Assembly: GCA_965644295.1 (NCBI GenBank)
Contig: CBFFRP010000377.1
Coordinates: forward strand, 124,001-188,000
Length of the DNA stretch: 64,000 nt
Source: Paraphysomonas bandaiensis
Lineage: Eukaryota; Protista; Chrysophyceae
Direction of reading: 5' to 3'
Part shown: positions 40,327 through 54,084 of the stretch, piece after piece
Layout of the letters: each line of letters begins with the position of its first letter
How positions within the stretch are numbered: the stretch's first letter is position 1
The notes under the pieces: model-generated
What the model was told of the DNA's origin: nothing
The model's database searches: none
Seen by the model: only the letters and a program-made list of their open reading frames with translations
Translations under genes and position numbers: made by a program

Positions 40327-40984
40327 TGCCTTTCTAGATTTGATTACTCATTCTTGTTCTACGAATACACTACAGAGCATGAAAATAGTGCTTAACGCAA
40401 ATACGACACTTATTACCATCACAATACTGTTACAACGATTCGATTTTGTAATTGCTACGATTTAAATTGCCTATCATTGTTTGGCGATTGCGTCATCTGG
40501 AAGAGTAATAATTTCTAATTCATTGCATTCAACTTCTGTGTATTGGCGGTTTGTTAGTGAAGAAAGTATTTATCTTGAGCTCTTTCGTTAAGCAATAGAT
40601 TTAGATAGATAAAGCCATATATGTACTCATTAGCAGTATTTTGTTATTATACATTCCTAGATAGTTTCTGAATAAGAGTAGAACTTTCAAGTTAAATGCG
40701 AAGTCTGATTTTAGATATTATAGGCTTCGAGAGCAGAATGATAATGATATATTATGATAATACATATAACGTACCGGTACGTACTCAGCAAATGATCTAT
40801 ATGTTTTAAGTTAATGTAGAACAGTTTCAATAACAGTACGTATTGTATTAAGGCACGGAACTCACGTTTCCATCACTTGACCTCATCAATAAACTATTCA
40901 AATCTCGTATTCTCTCACTACACAACTAACTAAAAACAAATACTACACCTAAAAATTATTCCAAACTACAACATCAACTATGAT

Positions 40985-43350
40985 TCAACTATTCCTTTCA
41001 CTTCGGGAACGTTGTTGATGTAGGAGATCATACAATCCCGGACTATCTTGCTCAAGTTCTCGTGTCATATCTATTGCTGATCTTCCCTGGCTGTCTCGTA
41101 CATGTATATCTGCCCCAAGTTTCAGCAGTTGATGCACAGCATCAGTTTTCTGCAGCAATATAGCGACATGAAGTGCATAGAGACCACTGGGCTCTGAAGT
41201 GGCGGGCGAGTTAATATCAATACGCTTGTCTTGTGCAATCAGCCGAATCATTTCGGCATTCCCTTTCTCTGCGGCAACATACAGAAGTGTTCGCCCTTGC
41301 GCCGACAGGGATGTGGGATCCGCTCCTCGGTCCAGGAGTTTATTCGCAGACCAGTAATCATCCAACATCACAGCTGCCATCAGAGGAGTATTGCGACTAA
41401 TACTCTCCATAACATTCGGCTCAGCACCAAGGTCCAACAACAACCCTACAACTTCCCGCCGCCCATATATAATGGCAATTGTCAAAAGCAGTCCATCAAC
41501 ATGTTCAGCTGTAGCTCTGGCATTCACATCCACACCTCCTTCACGCACCAAGGCACGGACAACATCGACCAGTCCTTTCTCAACAGCCATATATATCGCC
41601 GTTCGGCCTGATCTCGATGCTCGATGCACATCTGCACCGGCTCGTATCAGCTGCAGCGCAGCAAGAGAATTCGAGCTTATTATTGCAACCATCAGGGGGG
41701 TGTAGCCATGTTTACGATCAACACAATACACATCTGCCCCTTTTTCTAAAAGATAACTCACGGCTGCATGTTTCTGATGGCACACCGCAACATGCAGTGG
41801 GTTCATCCCATCAGAAGCACACACGGGATCGTTAATTCCCACACAATCCATAGAGAGCAGCATATCAAGAGCAAAGAAATTCTCCCTTTCTACTGCAAGG
41901 AAAAGAGAATTACGCCCGCTGGTGGAGGGGGTACGTGGGTCTGCTCCATGTGCAATGAGAACTTCACCTGCCCACCCGCTATCAGATATTAATGCCAGCA
42001 TGAGTGGAGAATATCCGAATTCATGCTCCCGCAAATTGATATCAGCGCCGAGTGAGAGCAGATAATCAACGAGATGTCCATGATTATAACGTGCTGCCAC
42101 ATGTAGCATTGTATATTTACAGCTCTCCGCCGTCACAGGGGCATTGACGTCGATATTGGAGAAGCTCTCCATTATCACCTTTAGAATCTCTAAAATGCCT
42201 ATCTCAACTGCAACAAATAATACGGACCTCCCAGATAGAGAACACAAAGTTGGATCAGCACCCCTCCGCAACAACTGAATAGCAATGTCTTTCTGCTTTG
42301 CCAGGAGAGCGAGGGACACCAGGGGGTGTCCATGTTCAGGGTCTTTGTAATTAATATCGAGGTTGTTGCGAAAGGCCTGAAGTATCTGTCGCACAGCGTG
42401 TCGGTTGCTCGATTTGAGTGCGTTAGCAAGTTGAGGCCCACCAGTAGTATGATCAACACCATCCGGATAATGAGTGTTCTGGTGGTTTGAAGAATGTGGT
42501 GTTTGGTGCTGACGAAGAGCGCGGTCTGCCTGAGCCCAGACATCTCGTGCCTCGATACCCAAGTCTGACAACTCCTGCGTCAATAACACCAGGCTTAGTG
42601 CTACCGCGTGCTTATTGTTGGCTCCATACTCTTTGGATCTCATTGCAAGAGAGGCACATTTTACGAGTTGGGAGCACTGCACACGACTCTGTCCATCCTT
42701 TATTACATCTAGCGGAAGAAAAGGATCTTTATCAGGACCTGGATGGTGCTCAGCGGCATGCGCATGGCTATTCCCACGATCTGTATCAGCATCCCCAGTA
42801 GAAAATCCCATAAAGCAATAGTTACAGTAATAGCTGCCGCAATTCAGACACATAACAGCAGAGCATGCATCTGGAAAGGGGTCCACAGGATTCTTGCACC
42901 TGAATCACATTAGCAGTAGTTTACATGAATACACTGATAACTTAGTCCTTACTTCGGGCACCGCAATGTTAGAATTTCCTGAAAACTATTTCGCAGTCTG
43001 GACAGAGGTAGCGTCGACTCTTCATAGCTCTTCAGAATGGAGAGATATCTGGACCGCTCCTGGGCGCCCATCGCATAAAACAAATCCAAGGAGTGAAACG
43101 TGCCGTCACAGTCCACTGCCGGACACTCAACAGCACACTCCGTTCTTCTCAGTCTGTGACAAACAGTTACTCGCCGAGACACGGTCGTTGCCACAGCATG
43201 TGTATACCTGTAAAGGGCGGGGAATACATTCTCACGCAGATACGGACTGATATCATCGGAACAGACGAAGTGACCCGCTGAGCACTCCAGTCCCTCATCA
43301 CCCGGACAATCATCCATGCAGATTTGGCAAGTTTTATTGTCCATAGCCAT
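40985..43350 (-). CDS. RING/IBR-like zinc fingers fused to a long ankyrin-repeat array
   Basis: CQICMDDC..CSAGHFVC..CPAVDC, RCPK|CKNP..DACSAVMCLNCGSYYCNYC, then more than 10 ankyrin repeats (TMLHVAA, SPLMLA, NPLHVAV, TPLMVAI). Confidence 0.85.
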
Positions 43351-43452
43351 GAGCTACGAGCAGTGGACAGCGAACTTTTATTCCATATTACAACCAAAGC
43401 GCATACGATCCTACTGATCCTCTACACATACATATCTACGTACCGCACTGCA

Positions 43453-43779
43453 TGTATGTATGTATGTATGTATGTATGTATGTATGTATGTATGTATGTA
43501 TGTATGTATGTATGTATGTATGTATGTATGTATGTATGTATGTATGTATGTATGTATGTATGTATGTATGTATGTATGTATGTATGTATGTATGTATGTA
43601 TGTATGTATGTATGTATGTATGTATGTATGTATGTATGTATGTATGTATGTCTGTATGTATGTATGTATGTATGTATGTATGTATGTATGTATGTATGTA
43701 TGTATGTATGTATGTATGTATGTATGTATGTATGTATGTATGTATGTATGTATGTATGTATGTATGTATGTATGTATGT
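43453..43779. repeat. (ATGT)n microsatellite, ~325 bp, in a divergent promoter
   Basis: Read directly; one variant unit near 43651. Confidence 0.98.
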
Positions 43780-43986
43780 CGGGTCCATTTGTACACCATA
43801 TACCTGGTATACCATTGGTATACACCAGCAGTTTATCGTAGGAATTCCTGGCATTGCGTACATGTATCTGCTGTGTCGAATTATGGTGTGTCTCCGTATA
43901 CGCACATACACTGCTGTAGATGCATGTTATCATATACCTGAGACAAGCATAGACAAGTATACACAGCCTGTCACCTCCATAAAGTG

Positions 43987-45513
43987 ATGAAGTCGTTAAT
44001 TTTTGCATTGTTCACTGGCTTAGCTGCTAGTAAACTCTCTGTTGATTACGGCACCCCTCCCGTTATTGTTGATGTGGATGAGGTGACCAGTAACACGGAG
44101 TGGATCCGCAGCTCAGGACAAAGCAGGCTCGCTACTATTCATGTGCCGTTCACCTCTGACGATCAGTCTTCAGAGGTATGTATATGTATGTATGTATGAA
44201 GTGATGGGCACTGATCTCTGTGTGGTGTGATATGTTCAGGATTATGTCGACATATACAGAATGGATTTGGTTGGAAACACTTATGAGAGAGGATTCGCTC
44301 ATGGTGCTCTCTTAACTAAGGAGATAATAGAATTCACTGAGGTGGCGTTGCCGAAATATTTTATGGATATGGTTTTAGGGCTCGACATCAGCCAGTTTCC
44401 GGACCCTATTCAAAAAATTCTCCGTGTGGTGCAGATTAAGGGCGCACTTGCTGCGCCAGCTGCTTTCAATGCGGCCATGGAATGGGTTTATGAACAAGAG
44501 AAAGAGTTCATTCCAAGGTTTTTATGTATAAATACTGTATTAGCTACCGATAATATTTTTCTGTCAATGTTACTCATTGCAGCTACCTGATTGAGGAAAT
44601 GGATGCAATGGCTGACGGTATGTGTTCGTCCCTCGGTCCTAACTGTAATGTCACATTTTGGGCCAACACCATCCACCGGGTGAATATGCTGCCAGAGTTG
44701 ATCCGCATGGCTTGTACCGCTTATGGCGCTTGGGGCTCTGCTAGTGAATCGGGGAAGCTCATGCAGCTACGCGCATTGGACTTCGGTGGAGGCCCTTTCG
44801 CCAACTACACTGTTCTCACCGTTTATCGTCCCAGTGAAGGTGTGGAAGAACGTGCCTTTGTGGCTGTGAGTTTTGCTGGTTTTGCTGGTGTGATCACCGG
44901 GGTGGCTCAGGATGGTATTGGAATATCTGAGAAAGTGTGGATGACATATGACAAGCGATCATTGCAGCCGGGAAGTTACGAGGGTGAAGCTGACGTACTT
45001 GTGCTTCGCGATATCCTTCAGCAGAGCCGTACGCGTGAGGAGGCGGAGGAGTATCTGCGCAATGCGAACAGGACATGGGCAATCTTTATTGGCATTGGAG
45101 ACTTCGCCAGTCAGCGCATGGACATCGTGGGCTACAAGCAAGAGTCGGCTGAGGTGTACACGGATCAGACCATGCCTTCTATTACGGGTCAGCCTTACAT
45201 GGAATCAGTGGTTTACGTGGATAAGCACCCGCAGCCTTCAGGGGAAGGTTCGACTGGTACCCTCCCAACAGCCCTGAGTGATTTCTATGGGTCTCTTTCT
45301 ATGGACACCTCTCGGTCGGTAGTGCAGTATCACAAGACAGGGGATCTTCACATCGCAATGTACGACTTCGGGGTGAGCGAGATGCTTGTCAGTGTGGGCA
45401 GAATCAATGGTCAGGGTGAGTATGGACCGGAAGGTGGTGATACGAGCTCGTGGAAGGCGTACAACCGCCCCTATCTGAAGTTCGATCTCGAGAAACTCTG
45501 GAGAGGCGATTAG
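43987..45513 (+). CDS. Secreted Ntn-hydrolase, acid ceramidase/Dictyostelium dcd1-like, 3 exons
   Basis: Signal peptide, GNTYERGFAHG, NMLPELIRMA-CTAYGAWG (catalytic Cys), QLRALDF, AYNRP. Confidence 0.78.
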
Positions 45514-45835
45514 TGTAACTGCAAGACATTATGTTGGGTCCATTACCAGAATATGCACTCTCATTGCTTACTATTTGGTAAGAGGAGAAATATATATATT
45601 CTCATGTACTATTGCATGAAGGTTATTATTGTACTACGTAGCAATGTCTATTGTGCAATCAGCCATAACTGAAACTGTTATAAAATCAAAATATAAACTT
45701 CCTATAGTTTGAGAAGTGCTATTTTATAATACGAACACCCTCCATGTCTTAGCATACATTAATGACATCAAGCTCGTAGTATTGGGTAAGTATTTTAAAC
45801 ATAAAAAGGTTTGGCACTGACCAGTGTGTCTGTCC

Positions 45836-46103
45836 CAGGGCTAGGAAACAATATACTGCAATACTATTGTTAGAGAGCGTTCCAACAATACTATTGATGG
45901 CGATTTTAAACAAGCCCAACAATACAATTACAATATATTGCAATGCATTGTACAATATATTGCAATATATTAGTATGACTACTCGGTAAGTAAACACATC
46001 CATAGATATCATTTTTAGTTTTAATCACTAAGATCACATGACAACCAAACCAACTACCATATATACAATGTATTGCAATTCAATATATTGTTTTCTAGCC
46101 CTG
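45836..46103. mobile_element. hAT-type MITE
   Basis: TIRs cagggctaggaaacaatata / tatattgttttctagccctg; degenerate 8-bp TSD gtctgtcc / ttgtgtcc. Confidence 0.7.
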
Positions 46104-47669
46104 TTGTGTCCTACTATATTTTCTCAATCTATCTTCTTGGGTAAAAGCGTAAAAGCATTTATTATAAATTATACGTGTACTTCATACTTCACAAAAAGCT
46201 TATTCACAATTATCTTATATATTATACTTTCATGATCTATGATCTATGTGTGTGTGATTTTGATGTCAATGCCTTGCGATTACTTCCAATCGAAGTGGAT
46301 CATGCCAGGATAGGGGTGCTGTGTGCTGTTGTCTCATTTAGAAAGGTTTATCAATCAATAAATAATGGAGAAGAACTGAATAACGTTCGGGTATAATTTG
46401 ATGGTTCAATTCGTCAGTACTCTAGGATGAAATTTCCACTGGGTGCAGACGGGGACCTTGTTACAAATGCAGATTTTGAAAAGCAGTAGTCAAGTCTCAG
46501 CGTGTAACTGATTACTTTCTGACAAAAACGTATAATACATAATCGCTTGCTATTTAACAATTAACAAAAAGTAAACTACTACCCTGCCTGTTGAATCAAT
46601 ATTGCTATATATATATAATTAAGAATAACTGTGTTGAACAGTGCAGAAACTGCTACAATTTTACTCTTATCTTCTTTTTTAGTGTACCTTAAACTTGCTT
46701 TTTGCTATAATATATTATACATAATAATGCTTAATTCTCAGATATAAACTTTCAAGAAATAAATTGGATTAAACTATAACTACTACTATATAAGCAATAA
46801 TTATTCACAATGTCATAATATTCATGAAACACCTGCTGTTCTCCACATCTGTATAGTTATGTATATATATATGTATATTGTATCATATATATTATGCTCA
46901 CCAGTTACTATTCGTGATGCTCTTGGGGATAAGTACAGGAGAACTTTTCTTTGGGAAGCAGTAACTTGCTGCTCAGATGTGTAGATATATAATATATACC
47001 AGCTCACAGCTGTGTGTATACAAATACGGCGTCTTGTGTAAATTTTTACGAATCTACTTTTGTGCAAATAAGTGCTATCGCAGCAAACTAAAGTTCTGTC
47101 AATGAAGTGGTTTTGTAATAATAATTACATGTTTTAACAATATATAATATATATTATATATAATTTCCATTTTCTAATACACGATCAAAAATGTTAGAAA
47201 TGAAACTGTTAAAAACAATATATTATATAAATATACAGAAATCTTATATTGAACACAGCATCAACTTATTATATACACAATAATTTAGCACATTTTTCAG
47301 TAATAAGATAGTAGAAGATAAAGCGCTTGCACTACTAGTGTCTATAATATCTACTCTATTCACGATGCCATGGGTTTCACTGATCATCTATAGGAGTATA
47401 AATTACCTTCACGAGGGATATTATATATAATATATTATAAAACTTATGATAGAGTTTTTATGTGTGTGTCCATAGCTGTTCTGGGTGTTCTTGCTGTCAC
47501 CGCTGTGCGCAGTGTCGTCTCATATTCCCATTATATACATATATACACCTGTACAATTTTAATATATATATAATAATATCCACGTGTGTTGTGCATAGAA
47601 TTGCATAACAATTAATGTCTGTGAAAAGTAGTACTCAACACTTGTATTTGCAATTTGCTAAATAACTTC

Positions 47670-48147
47670 ACAGTAGTGAGTGTCTAATTATTAGCAAAAT
47701 ATAGGCGTGTAAGTGTCAAAACTAGTGTAGCAAAACAATTTAACAAATAGTGCTTAACTCTGATAATATCCTACTATCTAGCGCTACGAAAGCTCTTGTG
47801 CGTCACTGCACGCACCAAGGTGCAACCACTTCCGCTCTCTGTCCTCTAGGTAAACAGCCTAGATGCTTGACTTCAGTAGGCAGCCCAATACCTCGGATGC
47901 CCTTGAGCCTTGAGGTGGGCCCATTTCCGGATGCCTGTTTATATACGTCAAGGCCTAAGACGTCTACACAAGTGACTTTAACTATAGTGCCCCTTGTACC
48001 ACACAAGCATTTGGCTATGAGTAGGCAGAACGTTATCTGCTGACTATATATGGGGCTCAGTTTCCCGGAGAAATATCTCCGGTACGTATCCCCCAGCAGA
48101 ACACCACGAAAAGGTGTGAGTCCGACTTTGTTGAGGGAGAAATCTCA
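47670..48147 (-). mobile_element. Family-1 near full-length copy G
   Basis: Both termini are present (gtagtgagtgtctaattattagc ... ggtgtgagtccgactttgttgaggg). Confidence 0.85.
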
Positions 48148-48360
48148 CAAACGAAAGGTCTCGTCTTCCCCATCATCCCCTTTCTCTTCATGGAATTCAC
48201 CTTCGTCGACAGGTACATCATTTATCAAAAAGCGTTTCACCTATGCTTTTTCAGGGCGGTTCAGTTCTGCTTCCCTACCAGGATCGTTGTGAAGGTGCTC
48301 AATTAGTTCTTTGACAGCAATCTTGTTGCTAGTCTGGTGTTCTGAGGTTAAAGTGTATAC

Positions 48361-48498
48361 CAGGAATAGGGAAAAATATATTGCCATATAGTGTGAGCTA
48401 CTTTAACAGACACAATATTGATGGAATATTTGACCACTCCACCAATCAATATATTTTACAATATATTCCAATATCTTGTATATTGTTCCCTATCCCTG
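48361..48498. mobile_element. hAT-type MITE, 138 bp
   Basis: TIRs caggaatagggaaaaatata / tatattgttccctatccctg; perfect 8-bp TSD gtgtatac on both sides. Confidence 0.85.
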
Positions 48499-48896
48499 GT
48501 GTATACTAACCCTTATACTACATCCAAGCCTTCTATACTAACGAGTGACAACATACATAATGGGTTCGTACGTATTACGTATGATCAGTAGCAATACAGC
48601 TTAAAATGCTATACATATAATATAAATGCCAGCTAATAATTGGCAATCATTGCCAACAAAGTAAAAAAAAACAAGTAATTGTAACGCAAGCCTGAAAAGA
48701 CTCTCTTTACGATCTTACCGAGCAAATACCTTAATAACATATAGTGCATATTTTATTGTATTCCTGGAAAGTTATCATAAACTTCCCCTAACAGTCAAGT
48801 AAACGTACTGTTGTCGTAAAAGTAATTTCACGCCACAACCTAACCGCACAACTTAGAACACAGTAAAAAAACTAACATACAGTAAAAAGTAGTTAT

Positions 48897-50539
48897 TTAT
48901 CCAGTATCATCTTCCTGCTCCATTCGAGTAATATATTTTTGTAGGTCAACTATATCTTTCCCTTCTAACTCTGTCAATTGTTTAATGAACACTTCATCGC
49001 AATTATCATCTTCCTGTTCGGTGCTCTTCACACTGGATACGGATTCGTTTAAAATCCAATCACTCGAGACGACACCATTGCTCCCTATCTCTTCCGATGA
49101 GATCTTCCTTCGTTTGAATTGAGAACTCACACATTCGCTATCATCACCCTCCTCGCTATTAGGTGTAAGCTCTTGCACAAACAAATTCAAGCTGCACGTG
49201 TCAGCGTAAGACCCGACAACAAATGTCGGGAATTCTATGACCCGTTTGCCTATAAATACTGGTTGAAAACAGTTACATAAAATGCATGAATTCTCACCTT
49301 CAAGCGCAGACTTTAGCGTAAATGTGAGAGGAACCTGATTTGGCAGCACTGCAGATTATATCGACTAACGTTGAGACGCAGTTTAATACCTCGTAGTAGA
49401 CTGGATTGCTTGCTGGGGAGGGAATTTTCTGGACAAGGCAACGGAGATTGTATTTCCCAGCACGTAGGGACCTCAGGTGGTGACGATTAGCTAATTCATC
49501 CTTTGGTTGAACTTATTTCAGATTTAAACAAAACGAAACACGTACTAACCGATGAGGTATTGAGCAAGGAGAAAATGACTTCCTGAAGTTGTGTTTCCTC
49601 ATCCACAGAAGCAGCAGTTACCCCCAGCAATGTACCATCGTCTGAGAGGCCGTTAAGATCAAACTGCAATAGAGAAGGCGCTGCAGGATTTGGTCGCATG
49701 ATAAATATCACATGAACCCGCCATAATATCTTATCTGCCTGTGATATATGTAATAAATATCAGCAAGGTGGCGTATCCACTCACATCTTTTCTATATCTG
49801 GTCGTATTGAGTTTCCGCTTACTCATACCTGTCGGTACAAGAGACAAGTCCACACCATGTTGTCTCGCCTATATAGCCACGCAACTCTTAAAATTAAGAG
49901 ATGTATACTGACGACAACCCACCCCCTTGAGGAGCTTGACAGAACTAGCGGACTGTCCACTGAGGGGTGCCGCAAGCACGTCACCCATGGATTCTGCTTT
50001 GGCGAGCTTGCTCAAGGATCCGCTCTGTCTCTTAGGCACATTGCCGCCTGCGATACACATACACATATTATGCACTGCATACAGAGACAGAGTTGACTGA
50101 CCAGTGACACGCATCGACCTTTGAGCAGCATATTTAGTCTGTAAGGTATCTTCTAAGAAGTGAAAATCTACACAAACAGCATGTTCAGCATACTCAACAT
50201 AACACATCAACTCCGAACCGTTTCTCAGCTCAGAGTCTCCGAACTTATCGATAGGAACAAACGGTGTTCTGTTTCTCTTGCCCGTACAGCCCGTCTACAG
50301 GAGAGTTAGCGCACTGTGGCGATATCGTACCTCATTACCTGACTCTTATGTTTCTTGCAGCAGTCACAGCTACAGAATCGTATCGAGCATCCCGGACACT
50401 TATAGCGCAGAGGGTTAATGCTGCAGACCTGTGCATAACATAACATCAGATCAATGGTGCATGAGAGACTTTGTGATGCTACTTCACAGAGAGGAGGTGG
50501 ACTAGAGTCCCGATCAGATTCTTCCAGATATAAAGACAT
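48897..50539 (-). CDS. ZNHIT6: Box C/D snoRNA protein 1 (zf-HIT), multi-exon
   Basis: CE|VCSINPLRYKCPGCSIRFCSCDCCKKHK..CTGKRNRTPFV, DFHFLED, PTGMSKRKLNTT, ILWRV, GKRVIEFPTFVV. Confidence 0.82.
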
Positions 50540-50767
50540 TGTAAAGGATCAACTGGACTTAATGTCAACTGGACTTAATGGAGTCGAGCTCACTCCATTG
50601 TGACCACTCTGCTCGCCTGTACTGTACTACAGTGTACCGCTGTACCGCTGTACTTATACCAGTGTCTCGTCTCATTGGATGAGATCAGATGAAGAGTGGC
50701 CACGCATGTATACCGCTATACCACTGGAATACGATAGAAATACCCAGACGTAGAGCACTTGCCTACA

Positions 50768-50835
50768 GTACATACCATACCATACCATACGATACCATAC
50801 CATACGATACCATACCATACGATACCATACCATAC
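50768..50835. repeat. (CATAC/GATAC)n pentamer repeat in the BCD1/SmG divergent promoter
   Basis: cataccataccataccatacgatac... read directly. Confidence 0.85.
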
Positions 50836-51018
50836 AGAGTACGCATACATACAGTGGTATACCATTTACACACACACACTACATGCATCTGCTGGTTGCA
50901 TACATGATTCATACTGTCATACTGCTGCAGAAGTATACACGACAGACTGGAGGGGCGAGCTGCATATAGTCTCACACACAATCGTTAGCAGAGTCTTACA
51001 TATATTTTGTGCGCAATT

Positions 51019-51391
51019 ATGGCATCTAAAGGACCGAATCTCAAGTATTTAGCTACTTGCCTTCCACTTAATTTGGTAACACGTGTTTGCAGGTCTTACC
51101 TTGACAAAACTGTTTCTCTCCACCTGAATAAGGGCAGAACTGTATCTGGAACTCTGCGAGGATTCGACCAGTTTATGAATGTTGTTCTTGGTGATGCTGT
51201 TGAGGAGGTCTCGGCGACGGAGAGTAGAAACATTGGAATGGTGGTGAGTATATTATCGAAGTCATTTCCACAACTATTTAACCAATCGATTTCGCAGGTT
51301 ATACGTGGGAATAGTATCGTACAGGTATGTTATATATGTTGCGCATTCGGTATATATTTAATTATATGTACAGTTTGAGATGCTGAGGTAA
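51019..51391 (+). CDS. SNRPG: Small nuclear ribonucleoprotein Sm G, 4 exons
   Basis: Spliced product MASKGPNLKSYLDKTVSLHLNKGRTVSGTLRGFDQFMNVVLGDAVEE..NIGMVVIRGNSIVQFEMLR. Confidence 0.88.
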
Positions 51392-51837
51392 CAAGTGCAT
51401 TGGATGGGGAGAATTTTAGTACTGGCTGTCTTCTGCCTTATACCTTAAGCCTTTAAAAATTTACGCGTCCTTACAAAATTACTTGACTTCTATCGACGTG
51501 ATACGTCATACTTTCTACATAGGTGAGCCGCTTGCTACGTGACCAATTAGTATTACAAGAGTCACTAAAATTTTACGGCATCTGTCGGCGCAATAGAAAT
51601 TATTAATGTCAATGCAGCATCGAAACTCGTAGGGATAACTTAGGATACTAAAGATTTAGTCTATATCACTACAGCTTTGCTGAATCGTATAGTACAGCGC
51701 GTTATACTTCATAAAGGTGGTTGAAACGTATAGCGACACCTGCTTTTGTAAAAACCTTGAGTTCAGTGTCGAATCCGAGTCGGTTGAGTCGTAACTTGTA
51801 ACTTTAACTGACATCTCGCTACCAAATAAAGAACTGA

Positions 51838-52085
51838 TCTTAGTAATAGTAAAACGATGTTGTGATTATTAGAGTGTAAGTAATGAACACGATAGAGTGA
51901 GAATTATATATAACAATATTAAACATAACTATCATGCAAAACGGAATAGTTAGAAGTGTAACTGATAATGACGACGTTATGATGACGATCATGTATCTTC
52001 AACAGATACTCTCTCTAATTCAGTTCATGATATATTTCATTGAACATTATAACTCACAGATACAATCTTGTATTAAGCTGAATCC
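51838..52085. repeat. Family-2 AT-rich dispersed repeat
   Basis: Aligns with 23812-24071. Confidence 0.8.
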
Positions 52086-52770
52086 TAATAGTTCAGTCAC
52101 GGATGAGAAAACCAGCTACCGCCTGCGAATATATTTATAATTTATACTGTATGTCGCAACATATCCAGTATAAATGATATGTAGGGACTGTGAATTTTAA
52201 CTGAAATAGTGTCGACCCAAGTAATTTAATATGTGATATTACACACGTGTTCACTGAATGATGCATGAGTAGAGAAAAGGAAATTCAACATCTGTCCACT
52301 ACAACTCTGCGGGTACGACATCATATTACACTATCTATATACTAAATATGCCACACGCATTTTAGATCATTCATAAGACTCTTTTTTGCCTCAACACAAT
52401 CTACTTGTTTGTCCTTATATTGAAGGGATCATGTCGTTCCGGCTCATGGGAGCCTCAATAGAAGTATTCAAAATCTAGGTTACTTCCTTCGGCAGGTATT
52501 AGTATTCATATGCATTGTGTGTGGGACCAGTTGATTAGACTGGCCCTAACCTTAACTATATCGTTATCATTGTTTTTCATCTCCGGTTTTGTACAGTTCA
52601 ATATGTCTTGGCCACAGCATGGATTCATACGGTGGTTCTAAAAATCATAATAATCGCATCGTTATTTATTAATTTCGTAAAAACAACAATTCCTGACGCC
52701 TTACTAAGGCATCTCCTACCCACAACAAATAGACAAAGAGCTATAAGGCATCAATATATATCGCAAACAC

Positions 52771-53685
52771 CTAGTCAAACAGACTCACAGTATTGTCGCT
52801 CTCTTGTTGTGTTATGTAGGCATTGATATCCATAGTAGAGGGGTCAAGCAACTGAGGGGAGGTCTCTTTTGCTGCGCTCTTCTGGGTATCATTAATGCTG
52901 GTGATTGGGGCGGTATTGGTTTCCTTTGATGAAAGCATGTCTTCCATCTCAGCGAACACATCCTCACTTTGCAATGATAAGTCCTCCATGTATATCTGGG
53001 GGTGTGGCGCAGACGGTTCCGCTGTGGGTTCATATTGGCGCACACTGCTCTTGCCAAACATGCCAAAGTCCAATTCTTCCCGCTCCATTATACGCCCAAC
53101 TCCTAAGTCTTCGAACTACCGCACAACAAGTGATACAAAGCACTGAATATAAATCCCATATACCTTATCCTCTGTCTCACTGTCACTGTCCCTTCCTACA
53201 CGCACATTGCCTTTGCTCATTGTTTTCATGGATGTACCATCCCCATATCCGAAGAGCTCCTCTTCCATATTTTCGGGCGCCCTCATGGATACAGCATCGT
53301 CCTTCCGCAAAAATATATTGTCGTCCGACTCAAAAACAGATGCAGGAAGCTGCTTAGGCGGAGCGACATTCCTATTCTGAGGCACTACAACTTTGCCCTC
53401 AGGAGAATCGGAGTTCGAGTGTGTGGATTTCGTCTCAGTGGGCTGCTGTCTCTCTGTCCTGTGACCACTAGATGCGGAACGAACAGAACAAAAGGGCTCC
53501 GAGTTATCAGGCCTAGAAGCAAGAGAATTAACAAGGTCTTTAGAATGACCCCGGCTATTCTGCTCAGTTTTGGACTCTTGTTGAGAGCACTCGTCATCAT
53601 CCCCACCACACTCATCACTCACCGGCGAAGACATCATTGCAGTGAGTGGGTCATCGAATACTCTTTCTCGTTTAACAGCTGCCAT
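52771..53685 (-). CDS. Acidic low-complexity protein, 2 exons, ending MDINAYITQQESDNTVSLFD
   Basis: Two ORFs are joined by an intron (~53117-53163). Contains FDDPL and LF-acidic motifs. Confidence 0.7.
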
Positions 53686-53785
53686 TTATAAGTACTTCCA
53701 AAAGTAGACGACAGCTTCAACTTTTATCTCTACATTCAAATCGTTACTTCGTAGTTAACTCTACTATCATAGTTCATAGACCAGA

Positions 53786-54084
53786 TACATACATACATAC
53801 ATACATACATACATACATACATACATACATACATACATACATACATACATACATACATACATACATACATACATACATACATACATACATACATACATAC
53901 ATACATACATACATACATACATACATACATACATACATACATACATACATACATACATACATACATACATACATACATACATACATACATACATACATAC
54001 ATACATACATACATACATACATACATACATACATACATACATACATACATACATACATACATACATACATACATACATACATAC
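53786..54084. repeat. (ATAC)n array, left flank of the LTR element
   Basis: Read directly. Confidence 0.98.
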
